From: an uncultured Candidatus Binatia bacterium
GTDB lineage: Bacteria; Desulfobacterota; Binatia; UBA9968; JAJDTQ01
NCBI GenBank assembly: GCA_964291295.2
Contig: OZ219754.1
Location: 2,592,001 to 2,656,000, forward strand
Direction: 5' to 3'
DNA: 64,000 nucleotides
Shown: in pieces, positions 37,655 to 47,666 of the stretch
How the letters are laid out: each line of letters begins with the position of its first letter
How positions within the stretch are numbered: the first letter of the stretch is position 1
Translations under genes and position numbers: made by a program
Notes under the pieces: model-generated
What the model was told of the DNA's origin: nothing
What the model saw: the letters and a program-made list of their open reading frames with translations, nothing else
The model's database searches: none

Positions 37655-38746
37655 TCAGAGGTTGTAGAGCCGCCTCGGGTTTTCGCGCAGTATCTTGTCG
37701 GCGACCTCAGGGGACAGGTCTTCCCGGGACCGGATGGTCCGGGCCAGCTCCGGCTCGAACGAAGGATCGTTGTGGCCGTAGTCCGAGCCGATGACGATGT
37801 TGTCCTCGCCCATGTACCGGATCAGATACGGGATGTCCTCGTCGGCCTCGCAGGCCACGAACAGCCGGTATTGCCGGAACAGTTCGGCACTGGAATCGAA
37901 CCTGAACTGCTGCTTCAGCAGGCGCCGCAGGATGTGCAGCAGGAACGGCACCCAGCCCGCCGAGGCCTCGATGAACCCGAACCGCAGCTTGGGGAACAGC
38001 TCCGGAATCCGGTTGTGAATGAGGTCCCGGAAGGCGAAGATCGGCAGCACCCGGCCGTGGGCGAAGGTGTGGTTGCGCTCCAGGTTGAACATCCGGGTGA
38101 GGGCGGGGCAGCCCGACCCCGTGTGGATGCAGATGGGCAGTTCCAGCGAATTGGCTTCCTCGTACACCGGAAAGAAGTAGGGGTCGTCCAGGGTTCGTTC
38201 CCCTTCCATGCCGCGAAAGAAGAGTCCCACCGCGCCGTGCTCCTTCGCGAGCCGCATCTCCTTCACCGATTCGTCGACGGAGCCCAGGGGAAGGATGGCG
38301 TTCCAGCGCAGCCTCTTCCCTCCTTTCTCTTCGACCTCCCACATGTAGCGGTTGTAGGCCTTGCACAGCGCGACCTCGAGGTCGACGTCGTCGGTGAGAT
38401 GGATGAGGAAGAGCGTCGGGTAGATCACTTGGGTGTCGACGCCGAGGCGGTCCATGTCCTTCAACCGCAGATTCACGTCGGTGATCTCGCGGCTGGCCAC
38501 GAGGCTGTCGTTCCGTTCCGTTTCCAGGGTGGACGCCGCCGGAGTTACCAGCCTGAAGCCGCCCTTGCCCGAGGGCTTTGGAAAAATGTTGCCGTCGATG
38601 AGCCAGAATCTGTTGCGGGCACCGTAGAGCGTGTCGTCGGTGATGGAGGTCAGCACCGGCCGGCGCGGATACATGTCTTTGTCGAAGAGCTTCCACATTG
38701 CCTCGGGCTCGGCGATATGCGTATCCGCATCGATGATTCCTGCCAT
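37655..38746 (-). CDS. Amidohydrolase family protein; tandem paralog of 36530-37627
   Basis: Motifs IDADTH and GSDYGH, with long near-identical stretches shared with the neighbour. Confidence 0.92.
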   Translation of the reverse strand: MAGIIDADTHIAEPEAMWKLFDKDMYPRRPVLTSITDDTLYGARNRFWLIDGNIFPKPSGKGGFRLVTPAASTLETERNDSLVASREITDVNLRLKDMDRLGVDTQVIYPTLFLIHLTDDVDLEVALCKAYNRYMWEVEEKGGKRLRWNAILPLGSVDESVKEMRLAKEHGAVGLFFRGMEGERTLDDPYFFPVYEEANSLELPICIHTGSGCPALTRMFNLERNHTFAHGRVLPIFAFRDLIHNRIPELFPKLRFGFIEASAGWVPFLLHILRRLLKQQFRFDSSAELFRQYRLFVACEADEDIPYLIRYMGEDNIVIGSDYGHNDPSFEPELARTIRSREDLSPEVADKILRENPRRLYNL

Positions 38747-38907
38747 GTCGGCCTCCCTGGAGAAGCGGCACCGCGGTGGTATCGTGCGGAAGCACGGACG
38801 GTGCGCCTGCCCGTTTGTACTGCCGGTGCCGAGGGCTTGTCAAACGAGGCGGAACCGCCGCGAATGCGTCATTCCATCGGACAAGAAGATGAGCCTATGC
38901 AGTAGGG

Positions 38908-39100
38908 AGGGACTGCGTCTTCGGCGAGGACGCCTGCCTGACCCGCATCGGACACGGAACGGCCAACCGTGCCAGTCACAACCGCATCGCGCTCGCGGTG
39001 ATCTTCACCCACCGACGCGACTCCGAGAGCTTCGCCGAAACCCGCCGACGGCTGCAACTCGACCGCAGCCAAGTCATCGCCGCCCTGACCCGGCCCTCAT
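38908..39100 (+). pseudogene. ISAs1-family transposase C-terminal remnant
   Basis: Hand translation RDCVFGEDACLTRIGHGTANRASHNRIALAVI matches the ISAs1 RDVxFxED..R.G..N pattern. No N-terminal part is present. Confidence 0.7.
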
Positions 39101-39543
39101 CCCTCGACGTTACCCCTACACCGACAACCGCATTGGAAGGCACCCTCCACCCCTCCCTCATCCCGATACAACCCACAGCATGGGAAAGTCCTGGCATTGG
39201 ACAAGACTGTGGTTTGACATTTGTGGGGCAGAAGGTAAGATGGCCGACAGACAATCTGTTTGAAGGGGGCAACGAAGGTAAGCGGCGCTGCTGTGACCCG
39301 ACCGGTTTCGACGGAAGCGTTTTCGAGGGAAGCGTGATTGAACCGCCGCTGCCGAATGAGCCTCCGCGGACTGTCCGGTGCGTCCTCGAGGCGTCCGCGG
39401 ATGGTCCATTTCAATACCCGGCCGTGTACGCTGTGGCCATGCCCTGTCCATCTTCCCGAACTTCACCCCGAACCCTCTCTTCCCCGAGCGGTGCCGCCCC
39501 GACCGTCGTGAAGCATGGGTTTTGCCGAGGCATGTGATCTCCG

Positions 39544-41301
39544 TTGCTTTCTGAACCTTCCTCCCGTCCGGATCCGCAGCCCCGCGCGGTCCTTGCCCGG
39601 TATCGCGGCGCATTGATCGTGGTGGGTCTGCTGAGCGCCGCGGTGAATCTCCTGCTGCTCACCGGGCCACTTTTCATGCTGCAGGTCTACGACCGGGTGC
39701 TGGCCAGCCGGGCGGAGGCGACGCTGGTCGTGCTGTTTGCCATCGTGGTCTACCTCTACGGATTGAAGGGCCTGCTTGATGCCCTGCGCGGGCGCATCCT
39801 GGGGCGGGTCGGGGCGGGATTCCAGAGTGCGCTCGACGAGCGGGTATTCGATGCATCGCTCCGGGCGGAGCGCGAGCGCCCGGGGCAGGCGCTTCAGGAG
39901 CTTGAGATGGTGCGTATGTTCCTGGCCTCCCCGGCGCCGGGGATGATCCTGGATCTGCCCTGGATGCCGTTCTTCGTCGCCATCATCTTCATCTTCCATC
40001 CACTGCTGGGGTGGCTGGCCGTGGCGGGTGCGCTGGTGCTGGTGGCGCTGGCGCTGGTCAACCGGTGGGCGACGCGCAAGTCGCAGCAGCAGGCCGCCCA
40101 GCTGTCCGTGGACGCGAACCTCCGCGCCGTGGAGGCGCACCGCGAGATGGAGACGGTGCGGAGCCTGGGCATGACCGGCCCGTTGCGCGCGCGTTGGAAG
40201 GCGGTGCGCGAGACAGCGATGGACTGGGGGATGCAGGCCTCGGACGTCGGCGGTGGCTACACGGCGGCGAGCCGGGCGTTCCGTCTGCTGCTGCAGTCGG
40301 GGATGCTGGGGCTCGGCGCGTGGCTGGTGCTGGAGGGCGAATTGACGGCGGGGGCGATGATCGCGGCCTCGATCCTGCTCGGTCGGGCAATGCAGCCGCT
40401 GGAGGGGGTGATTTCGCAATGGCCGATGATCCAGCGGGCGCGGGCGGGCTGGTCCTCGGTCTCGCGGCTGCTGGCGCAAGCGCCGCCGACGGTGCCGTCG
40501 ATGGCGCTGCCGCGGCCTGCATCGCATCTGCTGGCGAGCAATGTGACGGTGTTGTCGCCGGACCGTCGGGATGTGCTGCTGCGCGGCGTGAGCTTCGATG
40601 TGGTGCCGGGTGAGGCGGTGGCGGTGGTGGGTGCGAGCGGCGCGGGCAAGTCGACGCTGGCAAAGGCGCTCGTCGGACTGTGGCCGCTCGCGCAGGGCGA
40701 GGTGCGTCTGGGCGGGGCGGAACTTTTGGCTTGGGGGGAGGCGCTGTGGCGCGAGCATCTGGGTTATCTGCCGCAGGACGTGGCGCTCTTCACCGGCAGC
40801 GTGGCGGAGAACATTGCGCGCTTCGACCCCGAAGCCAACGAGGATGGGGTGGTCCGGGCGGCGATGGCGGCCGGGGCGCATGAGATGATCCTGTCGCTGC
40901 CCGACGCCTACGACACGGTGCTCAAGAACGGCAGCGGAGTTTCGGGCGGGCAGCGCCAGCGCATCGGCCTTGCGCGGGCGCTCTACGGCAATCCGGTGCT
41001 GTTGGTGCTGGACGAGCCGGACGCGAGCCTGGACGACGTCGGCGCGCAGGCGCTGAACCGGGCCATCGCCGAGGCGAAGAAGGCCGGGAAGGCGGTGGTG
41101 GTCATGGCGCACCGGAGTTCGGTGCTTGCGGAATGTGAGCGGATCGCGGTGCTGGAGGGCGGGCGGCTGCGGATATTCGGACCAAGTTCGAAGGTGCTGG
41201 CACGCCTTTCGGGTGCCCGGCCGCGACTGGCCGCGGAGGGAGGGCGCAGGGCAATCGCGACGGGTGCCGCGGCCCCGGAAGCGCCGTCGGACGATGACTG
41301 A
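39544..41301 (+). CDS. Type I secretion ABC permease/ATPase (PrtD/AprD family)
   Basis: Motifs MLQVYDRVL, DLPW, GAMIAASIL.GRA, Walker A GASGAGKS, SGGQRQRIGLARA and LDEP. Confidence 0.95.
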   Translation: MLSEPSSRPDPQPRAVLARYRGALIVVGLLSAAVNLLLLTGPLFMLQVYDRVLASRAEATLVVLFAIVVYLYGLKGLLDALRGRILGRVGAGFQSALDERVFDASLRAERERPGQALQELEMVRMFLASPAPGMILDLPWMPFFVAIIFIFHPLLGWLAVAGALVLVALALVNRWATRKSQQQAAQLSVDANLRAVEAHREMETVRSLGMTGPLRARWKAVRETAMDWGMQASDVGGGYTAASRAFRLLLQSGMLGLGAWLVLEGELTAGAMIAASILLGRAMQPLEGVISQWPMIQRARAGWSSVSRLLAQAPPTVPSMALPRPASHLLASNVTVLSPDRRDVLLRGVSFDVVPGEAVAVVGASGAGKSTLAKALVGLWPLAQGEVRLGGAELLAWGEALWREHLGYLPQDVALFTGSVAENIARFDPEANEDGVVRAAMAAGAHEMILSLPDAYDTVLKNGSGVSGGQRQRIGLARALYGNPVLLVLDEPDASLDDVGAQALNRAIAEAKKAGKAVVVMAHRSSVLAECERIAVLEGGRLRIFGPSSKVLARLSGARPRLAAEGGRRAIATGAAAPEAPSDDD

Positions 41302-42595
41302 GCCCAAGCGCAAGACCTGGTCGGTGGGCGGTCCGATGCGGCTGGGCCTGCTGCTGCTCGTGGTGGGGTTCGTCGGCGTGCTGGCCTGGGCCTCGGCGGT
41401 GCAGATCCACGGCGCGGTGATCGCGCCGGGAAGTGTCGAGGTGGAATCACGGCGCCAGGCCGTCCAGCATCCCGACGGCGGGATCGTGGCGGCGCTTCCG
41501 GTGCGCGAAGGCGCGCGCGTCGAGGCGGGGGCGGCCATCCTGGAACTCGACGCCACCGACTTGGCCTCCGAAAAGGCGCTTCTGATGCGGCAGTTGCAGG
41601 AAGTGCGGGCACGTATCGACCGTCTCTCGGCCGAGGCCCGGGCCAGTGAAAAGGTCGTGTTCCGAGATGCGGCCGCGGCGGTGAACGACCCGGTGCTCGC
41701 GACGCTGCTGGCTGACGAGCGGACCCTGTTCGAGACCGGCCGCGAGTCGCTGCTGCAGACCGTCAAGCAGATCAGCCAGCGCAAGGCCTCCACCGTGGCC
41801 TTCATCGAAGGGCTGCGGCTGCAGCTGGAGGCGGCCCGGGATCAGCAGGCTCTGGTCGGTTTGGAAGCCCGCGCCAAGGAGAAACTGCTGGAGAGGGATC
41901 TGATCCCCAAGCCGGAGGTTTGGCGACTGCTCCGGGACGAGGCTGAGTTCAAGGGCGCCCTCGGCAAGCTGAATGCCGAGGTTGCACAGGGCCGGAGCAT
42001 GATCGCCTCCTACGAAATCGAACGGCTGCGCATCCTGGCGGAGCGGCGCGAAAAGGCCCAGGGCGAGTTGCGCGAGCTGCAGCCGCGCGAGGCCGAGCTT
42101 GCCGAGCGTCTCCGGGTGGTGGAGACTCGCCTGTCGCGGCTCGTGCTGCGCGCGCCGATGGCGGGGGTGGTGCACGGGCTCAGGGTGTTCACCGTGGGCG
42201 GGGTGATCCCGGCGGGTGCGGAGGTGGCGACGATCGTGCCCGAAGGGGTGCCGCTGGTGCCCAGGGTACGGGTTGATGCGAGTCAGATCGATGAAGTTCG
42301 GGCCGGGCAGGACGTGACCGTGCGGTTCCCGGCGTTCAACTCCCGCACCACACCGGAGTTTACCGGGCAGGTGCGCACCGTGTCGGCCGACGCGCTGGTG
42401 GACGAGGCCAGCGGCGTCCGCTACTACACTGCGGAGATTACGTTGAGCGGAGAATCGGAAGCGGAGGTCCGCGCGCGCGGCATCGTACCCGGCATGCCGG
42501 TCGAGGCGTTTATCCGCACGCGCGCCCGCACACCGCTCGCCTTCCTGCTCAATCCCTTCACCGACTATATTCGCCACGCCTTCCGCGAGGAGTGA
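41294..42595 (+). CDS. HlyD family type I secretion periplasmic adaptor
   Basis: Motifs GAVIAPG, VQHPDGG, a long coiled coil, RAP..G.V and PGMPVEAFI. Confidence 0.95.
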   Translation: MTEPKRKTWSVGGPMRLGLLLLVVGFVGVLAWASAVQIHGAVIAPGSVEVESRRQAVQHPDGGIVAALPVREGARVEAGAAILELDATDLASEKALLMRQLQEVRARIDRLSAEARASEKVVFRDAAAAVNDPVLATLLADERTLFETGRESLLQTVKQISQRKASTVAFIEGLRLQLEAARDQQALVGLEARAKEKLLERDLIPKPEVWRLLRDEAEFKGALGKLNAEVAQGRSMIASYEIERLRILAERREKAQGELRELQPREAELAERLRVVETRLSRLVLRAPMAGVVHGLRVFTVGGVIPAGAEVATIVPEGVPLVPRVRVDASQIDEVRAGQDVTVRFPAFNSRTTPEFTGQVRTVSADALVDEASGVRYYTAEITLSGESEAEVRARGIVPGMPVEAFIRTRARTPLAFLLNPFTDYIRHAFREE

Positions 42596-43047
42596 GAAGC
42601 CCTGCGGGAATCAGTACGGGTAGTCAAGGTGCAGGTGACGCCGGTTCCGGGCAGGCCGCAGCACACCACCCGCACCGGACCACTGCCCTGACTGGCTTGC
42701 GGTCCATTCGAGGAGCGTTGCGAGATCGCCCTGAAGGGGCTGGCCCATATCGACCAACCATATCCATCGGTCGGCCGGGAGCGGCGTCGCGTTGCGAGAA
42801 GCCCGCGAATTCCTCGTCCGTCAGCCCGGCGCGCCAGCCGACAGCGGTTGGCAGCGCGCCCATCCCTCCGGCAGAACCGTTTGTTCCGCGCTCTTGGGCG
42901 ACCGGGGGTGTGCGCTGTGGAGCGGCCGAAACGCGCTGCTCCCCTCAGGCAGTCCGACCGTCCTGACGCCGCTGTTTTGGCCGCGGCCGGTGACTTTGGC
43001 TATCCTTCCGCGGCATGCCCGTCTTTTCCCGACGTCGATTCGCCGTC

Positions 43048-43791
43048 ATGCACCTCGAAACCCTGCTGATCATCTTCGTGGCCCTGGCCGCCGGAGCGTT
43101 CTCGAAAGGGGCCACCGGCATGGGTCTTCCGCTCATTGCCGTACCCATCATGGCGGGTTTCCTGGGCGCACAGCAGACGGTCATCGTCATCACGGTCCCC
43201 AATCTGGTAAGCAACTTCTGGATCATCTGGTCCTACCGGTCCAGGTTCCACACCGTGCCGAGACTCGTCTCCTCCACCTTGGCGGGCGCCTTGGGGGTGG
43301 CCGCCGGCACCTGGTTCCTGGCGACATCCGACGAGCGCCTGCTCACCCTGGTGCTGGCGGTTTGCGTAGGCTCCTATCTGGTTCTTCTGGCTTTCAGGAT
43401 CGACCTGCGCTTCTCCGGCCGGCCCGGCCGCATGCTCTCCCTCCTCCTTGCCGCCGCGGCCGGTGTATCCCAAGGGGCCACCGGCATGTCCAGCGCGGTG
43501 GTGGTGGCGTGGGCACGGGCGTTCGGCCTGGAGAAGGAAGGGCTCATCCTCGCGGCGTCGACCCTGTTCCTGGGTCTCACCACGACGCACTTTCTTTTTG
43601 TGCTGGCCGCAGGGCTGTTCGACCGGCAGCTTCTCGGCCAAGCATTCCTTGCGGTGGTTCCCATCGCGGCGTTCCTGCCCCTGGGCATGCGCGTGACCCC
43701 CTACATCAGCAGGCATTGGTTCAACCGGATCATCGTGACCCTGATCGTGGTGATGGAGGTCAGGCTGATCTGGCGGGGGGTCATGGAGTAG
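43048..43791 (+). CDS. Sulfite exporter TauE/SafE family membrane protein
   Basis: KGATGMG.PLIAVP and about eight TM segments. Confidence 0.88.
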   Translation: MHLETLLIIFVALAAGAFSKGATGMGLPLIAVPIMAGFLGAQQTVIVITVPNLVSNFWIIWSYRSRFHTVPRLVSSTLAGALGVAAGTWFLATSDERLLTLVLAVCVGSYLVLLAFRIDLRFSGRPGRMLSLLLAAAAGVSQGATGMSSAVVVAWARAFGLEKEGLILAASTLFLGLTTTHFLFVLAAGLFDRQLLGQAFLAVVPIAAFLPLGMRVTPYISRHWFNRIIVTLIVVMEVRLIWRGVME

Positions 43792-43890
43792 CATGAGGCA
43801 GGAACGCGCCGGCCTCCTTGCGGGTGTGCGGTTCGCACCGGAGTTGCCGGGGTTCCGAGCCGGGCATGCTGTTCCGAGCCACAGGTTTTG

Positions 43891-43917
43891 CCGGTCCCGC
43901 GAAAGCGGGAAGCCGGA
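43891..43917. terminator. Hairpin between tauE and the original argC 3' end
   Basis: CCCGC-GAAA-GCGGG stem-loop at 43896-43909. Confidence 0.4.
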
Positions 43918-44149
43918 AGCGGCTCGGGGTCAGCCGGGCAGGTGAGCGGTCTCGGGGAGAGGATTATATACGATAGTGCCGGGATCGCCTGTCAGGATGG
44001 GCGGTCCTTCCACTTGATGTTGACGGGATTCAGCACGGCGCGCGCCAAGTTCTTCGGGGGCGGCTTCGAGCCGTCCATTTTCCGAATGTCGATTTCTTCC
44101 TTCATGTCCGCCTTGCTCGGCTGGCAGGACGAGCGAACCCGGATGACGG

Positions 44150-44610
44150 AGCGAGGCCGTGCGACCGAATTTTGCGGTTGGCCATTCCATGATCTCCCGT
44201 TGATCGGCTTCGATGCCCGACGCACTTGCGCTTTCAGCGAGATTCGGCCCGGAGGCTCCTGCACGATGTTCTTTGCACCTTGATTGCAGATTGCAGATAC
44301 TGCACGAGGCGCGCAGGTTATCGACGCTATCACTCCCGCCTTGGGCCTTGTCCACGATGTGGCCGACATGAAGGCGCGCGGGACGCCCGGACCGATCATC
44401 GGGGTCGCCTGCCGCGATACCGCACATTCTGCAAGTGTATCCGTTTCGCTTACGAACCTCTGCCAGCGTCCTGGAACTGATATTCCGGGCAAACTGCATC
44501 GGCGGTTTTGACGGCGGCCATGTCACAAGCCGGTACTCCCCGGCTTGAGGTCGGCAGAATCGTCGTGCGACTGGATCGGCCAGCCTTCTTCATCGCGCAG
44601 TTCCCGCAAG
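44150..44610 (-). pseudogene. HNH endonuclease, frameshifted and truncated
   Basis: Fragments across frames read RELRDEEGWPIQSH, RNGYTCRMCG...LHVGHIVDKAQGGSDSVDNLRASCSICN and QGAKN. A 7-bp duplication near 44283-44296 breaks the frame. Confidence 0.8.
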
Positions 44611-45180
44611 CGGCGGCGGCAGTGCATTGTCGATCTGGCGGCACTGTTGCGTCTTGCCACCGTAGAACGCCCAGTCATCGGGGAAGCTCTGTATGCGGGC
44701 GACCATGCGTGCCATGAGCCTGAGAACGCCGTCGAATCCTGGGGAGAGGGGGATTCGCCATGCCGAGGCCGTCAACGCCAAGCGCCGCCCAAGCCTCGCG
44801 CGCGCGAGGGATCGAGATCAGAGCCGCCATGCTTCTTTGGCCCGCCAACAATGGTCGGGGCCACCCTGTTGGCGCGCGCGGCCCATGCCGCCGCACCCTG
44901 CCAGCCGTTGGCCGCCGTCAAATCGCCCAGCGTCTCACCGCGCGTCCAAGGTCGGGAACGGCCACTCCAGCGCGCCGGTAGTGCCTTCCCGAAGCGCGAT
45001 CAGGAACACACGGGAGCGCGTTTGCGGTGTGCCGAAGTCGGCAGCGTTGAGCGTCGCCCAGCAAGACGTGAAGCCCATTGTCTGCAAAGCCGAGTCAACT
45101 CGCGCCCGCACACCGTCGAACTTGGCGTGAAGCAGGCCGCGCGCATTCTCGACCAGCACGGCGCGCGGGCTGTTCTGCGC
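44590..45180 (-). pseudogene. C5 DNA cytosine methyltransferase fragment (M.NgoMIV/M.NaeI-like)
   Basis: Motifs VEN.RG, LNAADFG.PQ.R.RVF, APTIVGG.KKHGG.DL, AWAALGVDG and ARIQSFPDDW.F...RQI.NA.PP are spread over several frames. The N-terminus is missing. Confidence 0.85.
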
Positions 45181-45448
45181 ACTTGATGCCGACCGGGCCA
45201 GCCACTACTGGCGCACGCCCGAGGCGGGCGGCACGGTGGACAAGGACAAGCCGCCCCCGGTCGGCCGGGCCCTGATCTTCTCCGCCTGCGGCAATACCTG
45301 CCGCAGGCGGAGCGGGCGGGCCGGCAAGCCGGTGCCGCTGGTCGCCGAGGCCCGGAAGGCGGCGTCTGCCTGATGGAGTTGCAGGAACAGGGCTGGACTA
45401 CATCCGGCCATGGCACCCGCCGCCGGAGCTCCCGGCCGCACCAAGGCA

Positions 45449-46501
45449 CTAGACAAATATGAAATCGCCTTCGGTGAGCGAGTCCGCCGCTACATCCAGC
45501 AGCGTCACCGTGTCGCCGGCGCCGCCGTAGGCGACCACGGCGTTGCCGTCGTCGTTGTCCGCGATCGTCAGCCCGCTGAAATCGTGGCCGACCTCGATCA
45601 GGCGGATCGTGTCGCCGTCCCCGAAGTCGCGGACCGTATCGGCGCCGTCGCCCTTGCGAAAGGCGAAGGTGTCGTCGCCCTTGCCGCCGCGCAGCGTATC
45701 GGCGCCGGTGCCGCCATAAAGGGTGTCGTCGCCCTTGCCGCCGCCCAGCATGTCGTCGCCGACACCACCGAACAGGACATCGTCGCCCTTCTTGCCCCAG
45801 AGAGTGTCGTCGCCGTCCTCGCCATACAGCAGGTCGTCTTCGCCGTGGCCCCTGATGGTGTCGTCGCCGGCGCCGCCGTAGATCGTGTCGCGGCCGAAGG
45901 CGCCGTGGAGCGTATTGTCGCCGTCGCCGCCGCGGATGGTGAAGCCGATGCCGGAGGCCTTGAATTCGGCCAGACTCCACCCGTCGAGCTGGACGGTGCC
46001 GCCGCCGTCGCCGCTGGCCCTGTCAAGGTCATACCAGGAGATGGGAGAACTCAGGTAGTCGGCGAAATAGCTGTGAATGGTGCCGTCGTCCGTCCCGCCG
46101 TCGCCGTAGACGATGACGACATAGCCGTCGCGTCCGAGGAAATGGCCGTCGCGTTCGACGATCCGGAAGCGGCCGACCTTCGCGTCGCCAAAGATGAACT
46201 CGATCGTGTCGCGCGCCTCCAGGTCGTGGATGAGGTCGAAGCCGTCGCCGAGGCGGAAGACGAAGGTGTCGTGGCCCTGGTAGAAGTGGCCGCTTCTCTT
46301 CCAGTCGCCCTGGAGCCAGTCGTTGCCCTTGCCGCCGTCGAGAGTGTCGTCCTGACTGCCGCCTACCAACATGTCGGGGCCGCCCCGGCCGTAGAGCTTG
46401 TCCCTGCCCCCGGTGCCGCCATAGAGAAAGTCTGCGCCTTCGGTGCCGTGGAGCGTATTGTCGATCCAGGATCCGATGATTCTTTTATAACCCACCGTCA
46501 T
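45449..46501 (-). CDS. RTX calcium-binding repeat protein
   Basis: Many GGxGxD nonapeptides, GDGADTVRDF, and a C-terminal T1SS-type signal ..LTEGDFIFV. Confidence 0.9.
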   Translation of the reverse strand: MTVGYKRIIGSWIDNTLHGTEGADFLYGGTGGRDKLYGRGGPDMLVGGSQDDTLDGGKGNDWLQGDWKRSGHFYQGHDTFVFRLGDGFDLIHDLEARDTIEFIFGDAKVGRFRIVERDGHFLGRDGYVVIVYGDGGTDDGTIHSYFADYLSSPISWYDLDRASGDGGGTVQLDGWSLAEFKASGIGFTIRGGDGDNTLHGAFGRDTIYGGAGDDTIRGHGEDDLLYGEDGDDTLWGKKGDDVLFGGVGDDMLGGGKGDDTLYGGTGADTLRGGKGDDTFAFRKGDGADTVRDFGDGDTIRLIEVGHDFSGLTIADNDDGNAVVAYGGAGDTVTLLDVAADSLTEGDFIFV

Positions 46502-46990
46502 TCCTCCGTTGGAACAGGCCGCCTCGGCCGCTGCCGCGGGCGGCCATGGTATGGGAGCCGTCCTCCCCCAGGTATCGAAATGGCATGGACGGTGTCGTCG
46601 TCCGTGCCGCCGTCGCCGTAGATGATGACTCCATAGTCGTCGCGCTTGATGAACCGGAAGCGGCCGACGTCCTCGTCGCCCCAGATGAACTCGATGGTGT
46701 CGTGCATCTCCAGACCGGAAATGTAGTCTTGGCCGTCGCCGCGGCGGAAGATGCAGGTGTCGGCGTCCTCGCTGCCCCTGAGCCAGTCGTTGCCCTTGCC
46801 GCTGTCAAGAGTATCTTTGCCCCCATCGCCGTCCAGAAGGTCATGGCCGTCCTCGCCTGACAGCATGTCGTCGCCCCCTGTTGCCAACGAGCCAGTCCTT
46901 GCTTCCGCCGCCGTAGATACGGCCGTGTCCAGTCAGGCCATTGAGATAGTCGTGGCCGTCCTCGCCATGCATTGCGTCGTTCCACCAAGG
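46498..46990 (-). pseudogene. Second RTX repeat gene, frameshifted and truncated
   Basis: GEDGHD and GKGND repeats. There is an extra base in the C-run at 46874-46878. It shares the DTIEFI.GD..VGRFR...YGDGGTDD module with its neighbour. Confidence 0.75.
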
Positions 46991-46999
46991 TCCGCGCCG

Positions 47000-47595
47000 T
47001 CCCTTGAAATCGGTCTTTGCCGCCTCCCGCAAAGATCTCGGTTCAGGTCTCGGTTTGCACGTCACGGTGGATTATACCGGAACGCCGGCGCCCTGCAAGG
47101 GCCGGCAACGCAGCCTTCCGCTTGGAGCGCGGCAGATTCTTCCGCTTCCTGCCGATGCAGGTTCGAGCACCTCGACCGGCCCGGCAAAGGACGCATCCTC
47201 ACACTTCCACGATTCCCGAATGCCATGCGCCAGATGCTACGCCGCCTTCTGCGTGATCTTCGGATCGCGGTGCCGCTTCATGCTGCTGAGGCCCTTCCGG
47301 TTCGCCGCCAACAGGTAGAAGGTGATGGCCCAGACCTGGTATCCGAGATTCGACGCCTGCATGGCCGCGCCGGTGCGAACGCTGAACCGCTTGCCGATCC
47401 CCTTTCGCGGCATCGGTGCGTCATGGTCTTGTGCGTGATCGGGTGCTGGACATTCACCGAACCGCAGTGCGCGCCGTCCGGCCAGCGCCGCTTGATGAAC
47501 CATGCTTCGGCGGTCGCATCGTCCGGGAACCGGCGCATGGTCGCGATAGGCGGGATTACCTGCCTTCGATGCTTGCCCGGTGCGTTGTGTGCCAT
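47000..47595 (-). pseudogene. IS1595-family transposase, N-terminal remnant
   Basis: Fragments across frames and stops read MAHNAPGK..FPDDATAEAWF...RWPDG, KRFSVRTG..M..SNL, KGLSSMK.HRD..ITQKAA and FAGPVEV. Confidence 0.88.
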
Positions 47596-47666
47596 TCCTC
47601 TATCTTCTTGCTTGCAAAAGAAAATACAGGAAGAGGCCGGGGGAAGGGGGCAGTGTCGATTCGGCG

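Noticed and set aside
42600-42900. Possible IS5-like or other gene fragment after the HlyD gene
   Set aside because: The resemblance is too short and inconsistent across frames to support a call.
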